From contig CAVSHO010000001.1 in assembly GCA_963727825.1 (NCBI GenBank), forward strand, positions 352,001 to 416,000: a stretch of 64,000 nt of DNA, written 5' to 3'. Positions 27,934-40,875 of the stretch are shown piece after piece. The notes beneath the pieces are model-generated. The model saw nothing but the letters and a program-made list of their open reading frames with translations, searched no databases and was not told the DNA's origin. The position numbers and the translations under genes were made by a program. Numbering within the stretch: the stretch's first letter is position 1; each line of letters starts with the position of its first letter. The stretch comes from Ignavibacteriota bacterium (GTDB lineage: Bacteria; Bacteroidota; Ignavibacteria; UBA10030).

Positions 27934-29073
27934 ATGGCTCGTTTGAAAAGTATGAAAAGGTTGCAAAAAAGAGTGGCGTTAGTATGTTTTTCTCGTTCCC
28001 TCGGCGGGCTTGAACTTTCTACTATTCGCATAGCACAAGCGATGGAAAAAAAAAGTGTTTCCACTGTTGTAATTGTACCAAATTCATCGCCGCTTGAACA
28101 GCGAGCAAACGATGCAAACCTTCATGTAAATACAATCACACCTCATTTGAAATATGGAGATATCTCGACAGCACTACACCTTGCCCGTGTACTGAAAGAC
28201 CAACAAATCGAATTGGTTTTGCTCATGCAATCAAGAGATATTCATCTTGCTGCTATTGCATCAGTGATAACACCTCAAGTGAAGTTAGTGTTTTATCAGC
28301 AAATGAATTCGCGCTATAATAAGCGTGATTTTATTCACACATGGATATATTCGAAACTATCACTATGGATTTCCCTCACTCAAAGCATGAAAGAGGATGT
28401 GCTTTCATATACGCGTATGCCACGTGAGAAAGTAAAAGTAGTACCTTTAGGGATAGATCTGTTGCAATTTGATCCATCACACTATGATAAAAATGATGCA
28501 CGAACATCTTTTGGATTATCCACTAATGGTTACACTATCGGAGTTTTAGGACGGCTCGATAAGCTAAAAGGTCAGCATGTATTGCTTCAAGCAGTACCGG
28601 AAGTTGTGAAGCAACACCCAAATGTCACATTTCTTATTGCAGGCGATGAAACCGCGGGGGAACATGGATACAAAGAATATTTAATGAAATTGGGCCGAAC
28701 ACTTGACATCGAACGATACGTAAAATATGTACCTTTTACTGAAGATGTTCCTCGTTTAATGGCAGCTCTTGATGTTTTTGTTCTTCCATCGTTCTCTGAA
28801 ACATTTGGACTTGTGGTTGTAGAAGCAATGGCGATGGAACGGCCGATCATTGCGACGAATGCAGGCGGGCTACCAGAGATTATTACAAACGGCAAGACGG
28901 GATTACTTATAAAACCACGCGATGCAACCGCGGTTGCCTGGGCGATTCACCGCGTTCTTAGTGATTCTGACCTCCGTTCGTCACTTGGACATTTAGCTCG
29001 TGAGGAAGCTTTGAAACGATACGATTTTGATAGTTGTGTAAATTCTCTTCTCGAATCGCTTGCAATGCTTTGA
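27934..29073 (+). CDS. GT4-family glycosyltransferase (cell-envelope polysaccharide/LPS type)
   Basis: GGLE, LGRLDKLKG and LPSFSETFGLVVVEAMAM motifs. Confidence 0.88.
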   Translation: MARLKSMKRLQKRVALVCFSRSLGGLELSTIRIAQAMEKKSVSTVVIVPNSSPLEQRANDANLHVNTITPHLKYGDISTALHLARVLKDQQIELVLLMQSRDIHLAAIASVITPQVKLVFYQQMNSRYNKRDFIHTWIYSKLSLWISLTQSMKEDVLSYTRMPREKVKVVPLGIDLLQFDPSHYDKNDARTSFGLSTNGYTIGVLGRLDKLKGQHVLLQAVPEVVKQHPNVTFLIAGDETAGEHGYKEYLMKLGRTLDIERYVKYVPFTEDVPRLMAALDVFVLPSFSETFGLVVVEAMAMERPIIATNAGGLPEIITNGKTGLLIKPRDATAVAWAIHRVLSDSDLRSSLGHLAREEALKRYDFDSCVNSLLESLAML

Positions 29074-29170
29074 ACAATCTATGATTAGTCTAAAAAAAAG
29101 AGATCACGCATATTATCGCCAAATGATTCTTTAATTATTCAATTATCAGCTTGTAGTAAAGTAAATCAAT

Positions 29171-29210
29171 AAAAAAGGCAAGGCGAATCAATTGATTCTA
29201 ACCTTGCCTT
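29171..29210 (-). terminator. Intrinsic terminator on the minus strand
   Basis: Minus strand reads AAGGCAAGG-TTA-GAATCAATTGATTC-G-CCTTGCCTT-TTTT. Confidence 0.7.
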
Positions 29211-29406
29211 CGATTTTGTTAGGCCTCTTAATACCCCTCTTGATTCAACTACTCCCCGTATGCCTCATCAAGCTTTACAATGCGGATGAAGCGCCTTGCC
29301 TTTTTTCGGTAGAGCAATCCGAACTTCTCGGATACAGCTTTGTAGGTGATTTCAATAAACCCTGGGTGGGCTACAAACTGCAGTGTTAAAGTAAGCGTTT
29401 GCTCAC
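29171..29406 (-). ncRNA. Candidate structured non-coding RNA, family not recognised (strand inferred from the terminator)
   Basis: At least five stems in 235 nt, plus a perfect 15-bp inverted repeat 29171-29185 / 29292-29306. Confidence 0.35.
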
Positions 29407-29491
29407 TAAGACGGTATCACGTAAACGCGTGTTTTTTATTTTTTTATAGTTTTGTGAAAAAAATACTTGACAGAATCCCCTAAAAACCATT

Positions 29492-30169
29492 TTAGAGAAT
29501 TCGTTGTTTGAGGGCTTTTGCGACAGCGCTGCTACGCTTGTTCACGTGAAGTCTTTCATAGATTTTTCTTACGTGAGTATCGATTGTGTGATGACTGAGA
29601 GAAAGCTTCTTGCCGATTTCCTTTTTCGTTAAACCGTTTATCATTTGTAAAAGGATTTCTCGCTCGCGATTGGTTAAATTGTAATCTGGAGAAGGCGAAT
29701 TTAATGCAGCAAACGATGTTAAAACTTTTCGCGCAATTTGTGCGTTGATAGGTGAGCCGCCGTTCTGTACGTCGCGAATTGCCTCGATAATTTTTTCTAC
29801 TGGAGAATTTTTTAATAAGTAGCCTACGGCTCCATCACAGATAGCTTGAAAGATACTGTCACTATCTTCGCGCACAGTAATAATAATAATTTGAGTAGAC
29901 GGAGCAAGCTGTTTAAATTTCTGTATTCCTTCCAGTCCACTCATACCGGGTAACCCGATGTCTAACAGAATGATACTTGGATGCTTGCTTAATTTTAGCT
30001 GTTGAAGAGTTTTCTCGCATGAATTAAATGATTGACTGCATACTAAATCGGCTTCGCTATTAATCAACTCGATAAGGCATTTTTGGAAAAATAAATTATC
30101 CTCAACAATCCAGATTTCTGCTCTTTTAGTAGAATGTCCGATCGTACGTTTTATTAAGCGGCTTTTCAT
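29492..30169 (-). CDS. NarL/LuxR-family response regulator
   Basis: IWIVEDN, ILLDIGLPGMSG, GAVGYLLK and HTH LTNREREIL...TIDTHVRKIYERLHV. Confidence 0.92.
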   Translation of the reverse strand: MKSRLIKRTIGHSTKRAEIWIVEDNLFFQKCLIELINSEADLVCSQSFNSCEKTLQQLKLSKHPSIILLDIGLPGMSGLEGIQKFKQLAPSTQIIIITVREDSDSIFQAICDGAVGYLLKNSPVEKIIEAIRDVQNGGSPINAQIARKVLTSFAALNSPSPDYNLTNREREILLQMINGLTKKEIGKKLSLSHHTIDTHVRKIYERLHVNKRSSAVAKALKQRIL

Positions 30170-30346
30170 GCTATTGTGTAATTGATTTCTTTACTTGATA
30201 CAAAAAGGGGCTTTATCAAAGTAATCATTTCTGACTATCTTTTCAATATGTTGATGCATTTCTTTGGTCAATGCGAATATTATTGGCATTATGTGATAAT
30301 TTCTTAACCTTGCTAATCGAATGATTATTGGCTACATTTTTCGTCA

Positions 30347-33300
30347 ATGAAACCAGTTATTTTGATATTTTCCCTTTTGAGTCTACTTTCGTTGCCTGTG
30401 CTTGCGCAAGATTCGAAAGAGAACGCCGACTTCAAACTTGCCGTGAATCTCTATAACGACAAGTTATATGATTTAGCTCTTGAACAATTCCGCGCATTTA
30501 TCGACTTGTATCCCAATACCGCACAAGGCGTTGAGGCACATTTCTATCTAGGACTTACACAGTCCAAGCTTGGTAAACACGACGATGCGCGGTTCACCTT
30601 CCAAAATTTTGCTCTTGCATATTCTGACAACAGTAAAGCTCCTGAAGCGTGGATGAACGCCGCAGAGGAATACGCGGCTATGAAAAATGAACGCGAGGCG
30701 GCAATGGCGTTCGAACGCGTTAAGACGTTTCATCCGAAGAGCAAGTTTGCACCAATTGCTCTGTCAAAAGCAGCAGATTATTACGAACAGCTTGGCGACA
30801 AGGAAAACACTATTCGTGTGCTTCGTATGTTGACACAGGAGTACACAACAGTTGAAGTTCTTCCGGCGCGGCTGAGAATTGCAGAAATGCTTAATGCGGA
30901 AGAACAGTATGAACAAGCGCGTCAGGAATCTAAACGTGTCGCGGATGCAACGGGCGATGCACCACTGAAGGCGCGCGCGTTTCTGCTATTAGGGCAATCT
31001 TTTATCGGATTAGGAAAAACTTCCGAAGCGGAAGAAGCGTTTTCTGATATAGTCAATAATTTCAAATCCACATCAAGCTATTACAAAGCGCTCTTCGCGC
31101 TGGGTGTGTTAAAGAATTTGGAAGGCAATACAGACGACGCTATGGCACGATGGAAATCGCTCGCGGAGGATAGTTCAAAAGCACCGAAACAATTGAGACA
31201 GGACGCCTACATTGAAATGGCAGAGGCAAACAACCGTGTTCGGTCATATCAGCGTGCGTTATCCTTGTTTGAACGTGCAAGCGAAATTCGAGGAGTACGC
31301 AATGGTGAAGTGCTCTACAAAGCTGGCATCGCGGCAGAGCAAACGGGTGACCTTTTGAAAGCGGCACAATATTATTCCCGTGCGCTCAATGATAGTCTTG
31401 GCAGTGCAGATCGACGGGCATTAATCGTTGGTGCTTATAAAGCAGCGAAGATAACGAAAAATTTCGCCGAAGCTGTGCAGTTAGTGAATTACTACCGCCA
31501 AAAATTTTCATCGGATGCAAATTTACCGCGCCTCTTGATTGAGGGGGCAAGAATAGCAAACAATGAACTTGGCGATCCAAAAACAGCTATTGATTTTTGC
31601 GAATGGCTTCGCGAACATTATTCCACAAGCGAATGGATTGATGATGCAACTTTTGAACTTGGTCAAGCGCGGAAAAAAGCCGGCGATGTGGATGGAGCAA
31701 TTGATGCATTTGAAACTTTGCAACGACGTTATCCAAGCAGTGAGTTTGTTTCAGAAGCACAAAAACAAATTCGCCTCATCAAAGCATTTGATCAGCGAAA
31801 CAATGATGCAAGTCTGCAAAAACTTGCATTACTAGTAGGTGATGTTATAGCTCAGAAATCAAAAGGAAATCTTGCTTATCGCCTTGCAGAAATCTACTTC
31901 TTCGATTTGAAAGATTACAATCTTGCCGCCGGACAATATGCTTATGCGCTCAGTGTTGATTTAGAAGATGCCCTTCGACCATCTGCATGGTTGAAACAAG
32001 CACAATCCTATGAACTGCTCGCACTTAAAGAGGGAAAAGTAAGTGCACAAGGAAAAGAATATATCTCCAAGGCTATTGCTTTCTATGATTCACTTGCAGC
32101 TCATTTTCCAGCAGGCGAACTCACCGATCAAGCTGTCGTGGCTGCATTCACACTCCGCTTGCAATTGGCAGATAAGGTGGAGGATCTTCGAGCACTGGGC
32201 ACAGAATTTTTATTGAAGTCTTCCGGAACACGCGGAAGAGACGCAGCGCTTCTTTTACTTGGTGATTCGTATTTTTCAGCGAAGAATTATGATAACGCAA
32301 TCTTGACCTATAAACTTTTATTGGAAAAATATGCAGATCGTGAAACAGCTCCATCTGCATACTATCACCTTGGAATGTCGCTTGATGGAATTATGGAAAA
32401 AGATACTGCATTTCAAGTGATAGATCGATTTCTTTCTAAGAATCCAAATCATCTTTATAGCGCGGCGGCAACAGCATATCTTGCAAAAGCAGCTGCAGAT
32501 AGCGCTCAATTATTAAAAGCGCTTGGATTTTTTGATCTCTTGGAAAAACGTTATTTCTACAGTCCATTGAATTCGGATATCGACATACAAAAAGCGGACG
32601 CATATTTCAATGCAAAGGATTTTAAAAATGCCTTCGATTGGTACGAACGAGGGTGGAAGAGAATCCAATCGGATTTCTTCGCTGTGACTGGCGATCCCAA
32701 TGAAGAGCGTTCGATAGTCTTTAAGCTCGGGGTATGCAGTGAAAAACTTGGCGATCTCACAACGGCAAAAAAATGGTACGCCGATTATATAACACGGGAT
32801 CAAACGACCGATAGAGCCAAACAGGTTTACTATGCTCTTGCATCCATCTCGAAGTCAGAGAATAATATTGACGATGCAACAATGTACTTACAGAATGTAA
32901 GCCGCATCGCGGCGAAGACCGGTAGACAAAGTGCATCGATAGCGCTAGAAACAGCTGAAATGTTATTCCGGAATGAAAAATATTCTGATGCAATTGCGAA
33001 GTATAATGAAGCTATATCACAAACAAACAATGATAGTCTTAAGCACTACATGCAATCACGTGTTATTATATCGTACTTCCGCCTTGACAATATTAACGAA
33101 GCCGACAGGCGTGCTGTAGAATTTGTGAAAGCGAATTCTACAGGTGCGTTCAGCTATGCGGCAGAGTTTGAATTTGAGCGGGGCAAATATCAAGTCAGGA
33201 AAGATGACTTTGTAAAAGCAAAAGAGCGATTCGATAATGTAGTTCATTCGTATCGCGGCGCCAGCATTGTGCCAGAAGCGCTCTTCTGGATAGCTCGTGT

Positions 33301-34000
33301 GTATGAATTGGATCAGAAAATGCCGCAGGCGGTGCAAGTGTATGATTCTCTTATACGGAATTTTCCAAACGTCGAGATTCTTCCGCGTGCGCGGTTGAGC
33401 CTTGGCAATGTGTATTATAATCTGGAACAATGGGACAACGCCTCCAAACAATACCGCTTCATTCTTGATAATGAACAGCATTCGCCAGATTTGGTTCCGC
33501 TTGCAATGAGTAATTTGATTATGACCTACAAGGAAATGGAACTTTTCGATGGTGCACTAGAACTAACGCGCAAGTATATCGATCGTTTCCCAAACGATTC
33601 AGACCTCATTGATAAGAAAATCGACATGGGTGTACTCTATCAGAAATTAGGATACTACGATCAATCGATCCTGCAATTGCAAAGCTTGATTGAAGCAGGC
33701 AACGCCGACCTTGAGGCGGAACTCCGATATTATATAGGTGAAGCATATTTCTACAAGGGAGAATTTCAGCAAGCGGTCTTGGAATTTCTGAAGGTGCCAT
33801 ACTTGGTCACGAAGAGAGGCAAAATAGATTGGATTTCAACTTCTTATTACATGGCAGGTCAATCGTACGAGAAAATGTCCAAGTACGATCAGGCAATGAC
33901 GATGTATAGACAAATCATCGATCGAAAAGATACTGATGCACAGTTTAAAACAGCAGCACAAAAAGAAATCGATCGGGTGAAAGCTATCTTAAAAAAATAG
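30347..34000 (+). CDS. Large exported TPR protein (BamD/CpoB-like repeats)
   Basis: Signal peptide; many TPR units ending F/YP.S (YPNTAQG, HPKSKF, YPSSEF, FPNVE). Confidence 0.85.
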   Translation: MKPVILIFSLLSLLSLPVLAQDSKENADFKLAVNLYNDKLYDLALEQFRAFIDLYPNTAQGVEAHFYLGLTQSKLGKHDDARFTFQNFALAYSDNSKAPEAWMNAAEEYAAMKNEREAAMAFERVKTFHPKSKFAPIALSKAADYYEQLGDKENTIRVLRMLTQEYTTVEVLPARLRIAEMLNAEEQYEQARQESKRVADATGDAPLKARAFLLLGQSFIGLGKTSEAEEAFSDIVNNFKSTSSYYKALFALGVLKNLEGNTDDAMARWKSLAEDSSKAPKQLRQDAYIEMAEANNRVRSYQRALSLFERASEIRGVRNGEVLYKAGIAAEQTGDLLKAAQYYSRALNDSLGSADRRALIVGAYKAAKITKNFAEAVQLVNYYRQKFSSDANLPRLLIEGARIANNELGDPKTAIDFCEWLREHYSTSEWIDDATFELGQARKKAGDVDGAIDAFETLQRRYPSSEFVSEAQKQIRLIKAFDQRNNDASLQKLALLVGDVIAQKSKGNLAYRLAEIYFFDLKDYNLAAGQYAYALSVDLEDALRPSAWLKQAQSYELLALKEGKVSAQGKEYISKAIAFYDSLAAHFPAGELTDQAVVAAFTLRLQLADKVEDLRALGTEFLLKSSGTRGRDAALLLLGDSYFSAKNYDNAILTYKLLLEKYADRETAPSAYYHLGMSLDGIMEKDTAFQVIDRFLSKNPNHLYSAAATAYLAKAAADSAQLLKALGFFDLLEKRYFYSPLNSDIDIQKADAYFNAKDFKNAFDWYERGWKRIQSDFFAVTGDPNEERSIVFKLGVCSEKLGDLTTAKKWYADYITRDQTTDRAKQVYYALASISKSENNIDDATMYLQNVSRIAAKTGRQSASIALETAEMLFRNEKYSDAIAKYNEAISQTNNDSLKHYMQSRVIISYFRLDNINEADRRAVEFVKANSTGAFSYAAEFEFERGKYQVRKDDFVKAKERFDNVVHSYRGASIVPEALFWIARVYELDQKMPQAVQVYDSLIRNFPNVEILPRARLSLGNVYYNLEQWDNASKQYRFILDNEQHSPDLVPLAMSNLIMTYKEMELFDGALELTRKYIDRFPNDSDLIDKKIDMGVLYQKLGYYDQSILQLQSLIEAGNADLEAELRYYIGEAYFYKGEFQQAVLEFLKVPYLVTKRGKIDWISTSYYMAGQSYEKMSKYDQAMTMYRQIIDRKDTDAQFKTAAQKEIDRVKAILKK

Positions 34001-34104
34001 GAATAATGTTATTCGTAGAATGAGTAACAAAGTGAGAATGATTAATAAAGATAAAATGTTTTTGATCCCTCGATCACGAAATCACACAATGGCTTGATTT
34101 GATT

Positions 34105-36380
<2,276 letters not shown>

Positions 36381-36434
36381 TTGTTCTAATCTTTAAAGCT
36401 TGCAAGAGCGGTGCATTCTCTTCCGCGGCAAATA

Positions 36435-37287
36435 TTATCTCATACTTTTTGTGAAGAAGTCTTCTTTTATTATCCCATTACATACAGCTATTACGGGGCC
36501 GATCATTGTTGCACTGAAATCATTTTTGAATTCAAGGCTTAAATCTCCGCCTTGCATTTTTACGGTTATATTGTTTCCGCACAAGCCTAACTTAAAAGCA
36601 ACTGCTGCTGAAGCAGGTACTGCTGCTTCCTGAAGCAAGAGTATATCCGGCGCCTCGTTCCCATATTTCAATCTGTATATGGTTTTTATCAATAACTTTC
36701 ATGAACTGAACATTTATTCTATTGGGAAACATCGGATTAGTTTCGATATGCGGCCCGTACTCTTTGGCAAGCTCCGGCGATATTTCATCACAAAGAACGA
36801 CACAATGAGGATTCCCGATATTCGCAGCACAGTATTGTAAGGTTCTGCCTTTTATTACAAAATTCCTGTTGAGAACTTCTCCTGGCTCTCCATTTAGAGG
36901 AATCTCCGAAGCAATAAAGGAAACTTTTCCCATTTCAATTTTAACCATATCGCCATTGTTTCGTATTTCAGATTGTACATCTCCACCGATCGTGCTGATT
37001 GTAAACGGATTTGTTTTAACCAAACCTACATCCCATAGATAGCGGGAAAAAATTCTTAAACCGTTTCCGCTCTTTTCTGCTTCGCTTCCATCGGGATTGA
37101 ATATTCTCAATTTAAAATAATTGTCTATAATTTCAGGCCCGTACAATATTCCGTCGGACCCGACTCCAAAATTTCGGTCGCAAATTAACTTAATTGTCGG
37201 TTTATCTAACGTAATTTTCGTTTCTCTTGGATCTATAACTATATAGTCGTTTCCAAGTCCATGATATTTATAAAATTTCACCGCCAT
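36435..37287 (-). CDS. dapF: Diaminopimelate epimerase; one extra base near 36616, probably an assembly error
   Basis: KYHGLGNDY, GVGSDG, GNGLR, GNPH and WERGAGYTLASGS. Removing one base at CAGGTAC joins ...SSST to ASAAVAFKLG...GGDL. Confidence 0.9.
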
Positions 37288-37327
37288 TTTTTCCCTTGTG
37301 TAAATTCTTTATTATCCGATTCCCGTT

Positions 37328-38560
37328 TTAAAATATCAATTTTAATTCTTTAATTCGACTTTTCATTTCACTAATTACTTCTTTTTCACGTTCGATCGTA
37401 TCGGCTTCAAATGTTACTGAAAATCTAATGTATTTTCCTGCGTCGTCCCATGGCACTGTCGAGATTAGGACGGATCGAATCAGAAAATCCGAAAATTCTG
37501 CTGCTGTCTTAAAAACCTCACCTCGTTCTGTGCCGATTGGTGCAGCTACATAACAATAGAATGATCCCTTTGGCTTTTTTGCCTTGAATCCTAATTCACA
37601 AAGCGCGTTAACCAAGAGATCAAATCTTCTTGAATATTTATCTACCGTAGCTTTTGTGATCTCCAAATGGTTTAGCGCCTGTATTGCTGCTTTCTGAATT
37701 GCCCGAAATTGTCCTGAATCGGTATTGTCTTTCACTGTGGCATAAGCATTGACAGCTTTGGAATTTCCACAAATGAAACCTATTCTCCAGCCTGTCATGT
37801 TGAAAGCTTTTGATAATGAATGGACTTCAACTCCAACATCCATAGCTCCGTCAATAGACAAAAAGCTTAACGGTTTGCAACCGTCGTAGGTCAATGCGCT
37901 GTAGGGAGCATCGTGAATAATAACAATTCCATTGCGGTGTGCAAAGCCGACTACGTGTTTGAAAAAATCAAGTGTTGCTGTGGCTCCAGTTGGATTATTT
38001 GGATAATTAAGATAGAGTGCTTTTGATTTTTTTAAAATTGATGATGGAATAGAATCTAAATCAGGCAGAAATGAATTTGATTCTAAGAGAGGAAGATTGT
38101 ATACCTCGCCTCCAAGATATTTTGCGTAAGTCGCAGACACCGGATATCCAGGTACCGTTGTGAGAAAAATATCACCTGGATTTATGAAGCAAATTGGAAG
38201 TAGTGCAAGGACCGGTTTAGATCCAATTCCATGAACTATATGCTCCGTCGGATTTTCAATTTTTAATCCGTAAACCTTGTGCAAATATTGAGCAGCGGCA
38301 TGTTGAAATTCCGGGATACCGTTATCTGCATACCAGCGATTTTCCGATTTTCCCGCTTCCTGAGACAGGGTTTTTACAACAAGAGGATCTGCCGGCCAGT
38401 CAGGTTCTCCGACACCGAAGTCGAGGATTGATAATTCAGGGTGTGCAATTTTAGCCGCTGCCTTGGCTCGTTTAATCAGTTCGAATTTGTAAATTTCTGT
38501 TGATTTGCCAAAGTTAATTCCTCCAATTCTTTCTGCAATTTTATCATCAAAGAAGCTCAT
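37328..38560 (-). CDS. dapL: LL-diaminopimelate aminotransferase (class I/II PLP enzyme)
   Basis: DFGVGEPD, GSK, NYPNNPTG, HDAPY and SLSKAFNMTGWRIG; directly upstream of dapF. Confidence 0.88.
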   Translation of the reverse strand: MSFFDDKIAERIGGINFGKSTEIYKFELIKRAKAAAKIAHPELSILDFGVGEPDWPADPLVVKTLSQEAGKSENRWYADNGIPEFQHAAAQYLHKVYGLKIENPTEHIVHGIGSKPVLALLPICFINPGDIFLTTVPGYPVSATYAKYLGGEVYNLPLLESNSFLPDLDSIPSSILKKSKALYLNYPNNPTGATATLDFFKHVVGFAHRNGIVIIHDAPYSALTYDGCKPLSFLSIDGAMDVGVEVHSLSKAFNMTGWRIGFICGNSKAVNAYATVKDNTDSGQFRAIQKAAIQALNHLEITKATVDKYSRRFDLLVNALCELGFKAKKPKGSFYCYVAAPIGTERGEVFKTAAEFSDFLIRSVLISTVPWDDAGKYIRFSVTFEADTIEREKEVISEMKSRIKELKLIF

Positions 38561-38591
38561 AAATACATCTTACCTTTCTGTTTAATGTAAT

Positions 38592-38619
38592 GCCGCCGAT
38601 AAACGGCGGCGCAAAGTTA
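38592..38619 (-). promoter_or_regulatory. Bacteroidota-type -7 promoter element (TAnnTTTG) followed by a 5' leader hairpin for dapL-dapF
   Basis: Minus strand reads TAACTTTG (38619-38612), then GCCGCCG-TTTAT-CGGCGGC. Confidence 0.5.
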
Positions 38620-38659
38620 TCACTTTCTGATTAGAAGCCCATCTTAAAAATGATTTTGA

Positions 38660-38752
38660 GTCATCCTGAACCTGTCGAAGGGTGATATAATATGTCACAG
38701 GTCAGACTTCGACAAGCCTTCGGCGTGAGCTCAGGCGAACGCTCAGTCTGAC
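38660..38752. repeat. Bacteroidota-type REP-like palindromic element with a nested insert
   Basis: GTCATCCTGAACCTGTCGAAG ... CTTCGACAA[GCCTTCGGCGTGAGCTCAGGCGAAC]GCTCAGTCTGAC. Confidence 0.7.
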
Positions 38753-39015
38753 AGCAAGGAGTCTTTTTGAAATATCTTCTAATATTATATATGAAATCAA
38801 ATATAATTGCAACAATTACAATTCAATTAATGATGCCCCAGCGTTTGCGTCGGATGCGAAGAAAGAAAACGATCGTTGAAGACCACGCTGTCAATCAATT
38901 AATGCACGGTATCGCCAATTTCCTTTTTAACAAAGGGAATTATTGGATAATTTTCTGTTATTTCTTCCACGGTTGTAACCTTGCCTTTCCCCTGAAATTA
39001 CAATACATTTTTTCT

Positions 39016-40870
39016 GTGACAAGTCTCCGATATAAAATTGGTCTAAGCTATTTCGTTATTGTTGTCATCGGTTTGGCAACGAGCGCCGTTGCTATCTATA
39101 ATTTTTCTAATCTTCGTGATACCTTCAGTCTTATGCTGCATAATAATTATGAAAGTGTTCGTGCAGCTCAGAATATGTTTAAGGCTCTTGAGCAGCAGGA
39201 AAACGCTCAACTTTCGATGCAACTTACAGATATTGATTCAGCTTATGTTCGCTTTAGCATCTATCGAACCGGATTTTTAGCCTGGCTTGGGGAAGGAAAG
39301 CAAAGCGGCCAAAGCGAGCGCGAAAAAAAGGTTTTGGATAAAATATCACAGAATTATTCGCGGTACAATCAACTTTCTGATTCGCTTTATCACTTGTTGC
39401 AAATAAAAAGACAAACAAGCGCTGCATTGAATTATACATCGAGAGTAATTCGCCCCGTATTCGACTCGTTGAAGGCAGGATGTTTTGAGTATCTTGCAAT
39501 TAATCAGGATGCGATGACTATCACTGAAGAGAAATTGAATCAGACTGCAAGTGATGCAACACTGACAGTGATTACCATTTCTGTGATAGCGGTGCTTTTG
39601 AGTTTCTATACAAGTGTTCGGTTCACACGTAATATTATCCTGCCGGCGGAGAAACTTACTCGTTCTGTGCGAAAAATCAGTAGCGGTCAGCTTAATCAGA
39701 AAATCGATGTGAACACAGACGATGAGATTGGAGAGCTGAGCCGCGAATTTAATAAAATGACGGAACGCTTGAGAACGTATGAACAGATGAATATACAACA
39801 GCTTATTGCGGAGAAGAAAAAATCTGAGACAATTGTAGAAAATATTGCCGATCCGGTTATCGTTACAGATGAGAATGGAGTGCTTGTTCTGATTAATCAA
39901 GCTGCAGCTGCTGTCTTCGATGTTCGCGGAACTGAATGGCAGGGAAAATTTGTACGCGAAGTCGTCGGTAATCAAAGCTGGGCGGAAATGTTAGAACTTG
40001 GCGGCATTCGTCGTATCGAAAAGGAACATCGCGATCCGCTTTTCGCGTTTACACGTAACGATCTGAAATTATATTTCAGGCCGCGTCAGGCGCATATTGT
40101 TGATGAACATGGAAATATTCAGGGTATAGTAACGCTGTTGCAAGATGTGACGCGATTCAAAGACCTTGATCGGATGAAATCCGAATTTATTGCCACGGTT
40201 TCTCATGAACTTCGCACACCATTGACTTCATTAAGCATGGGCGTCGACATCCTTTCGCAGGGAGTTGTAGGATCTGTGAACCAACGCCAGAAAGATCTGC
40301 TTGTTGCAGCAAAAGATGATTCTGAACGATTGCGAAAATTAGTGAAAGAATTGCTGGATCTTTCCAAGCTTGAATCCGGCAAGTACGAAATGAAAAAAGA
40401 GCTTGTCGATTTCCGCCGTCTTATGGCAGATGCTGTGAAACCTTTACGTCTTCCGTTTGAGGAAAAGCAGATTCACTTAGAGCTTAATATTCCGGAGCAT
40501 ATGCCTGCTCTTTCTGCCGATCCCCATCAGCTTACGTGGGTTGTAACGAACTTGTTAAGCAATGCACTTCATTACACTGATACAAACGGTAAAGTTCAGC
40601 TGACTGCAAAGGAAGAGAAACAGGGGCTTCTTGTAACTGTTGCTGATACGGGGCATGGAATTCCACAAGAGAATTTGGAAACGGTCTTCGATAAATTTGT
40701 CCAAGTGAAAAGCTCAACTGAGACAACACCGGGTAGTGTTGGCCTGGGGTTGGCAATTGCGCGAGAAGTAGTGGAGGCCCACGGGGGACGAATTTGGGTT
40801 GAAAGTCAAGTGGGAGTTGGCAGCACATTTTTCTTCACTATTCCTACAGGTACTACAAGCCGGGGCATAA
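39016..40870 (+). CDS. Sensor histidine kinase (four-helix sensor, HAMP, PAS, HisKA, HATPase); appears fused to the next gene only through a probable 1-nt error at 40849
   Basis: Likely GTG start at 39016; DEIGELSREFN, VSHELRTP and GLGLAIAREVVEAHGG. Removing one G at ACAGGTAC gives IPTVLQAGA-TAA ending at 40870. Confidence 0.8.
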
Positions 40871-40875
40871 ATCAT

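Noticed and set aside
29195-29260. yybP-ykoY or SAM-I riboswitch suggested by GGGGAGTAG and ATCAAGAG on the minus strand
   Set aside because: The remaining conserved elements are absent and no gene lies downstream on that strand. Retained only as an unclassified structured RNA.
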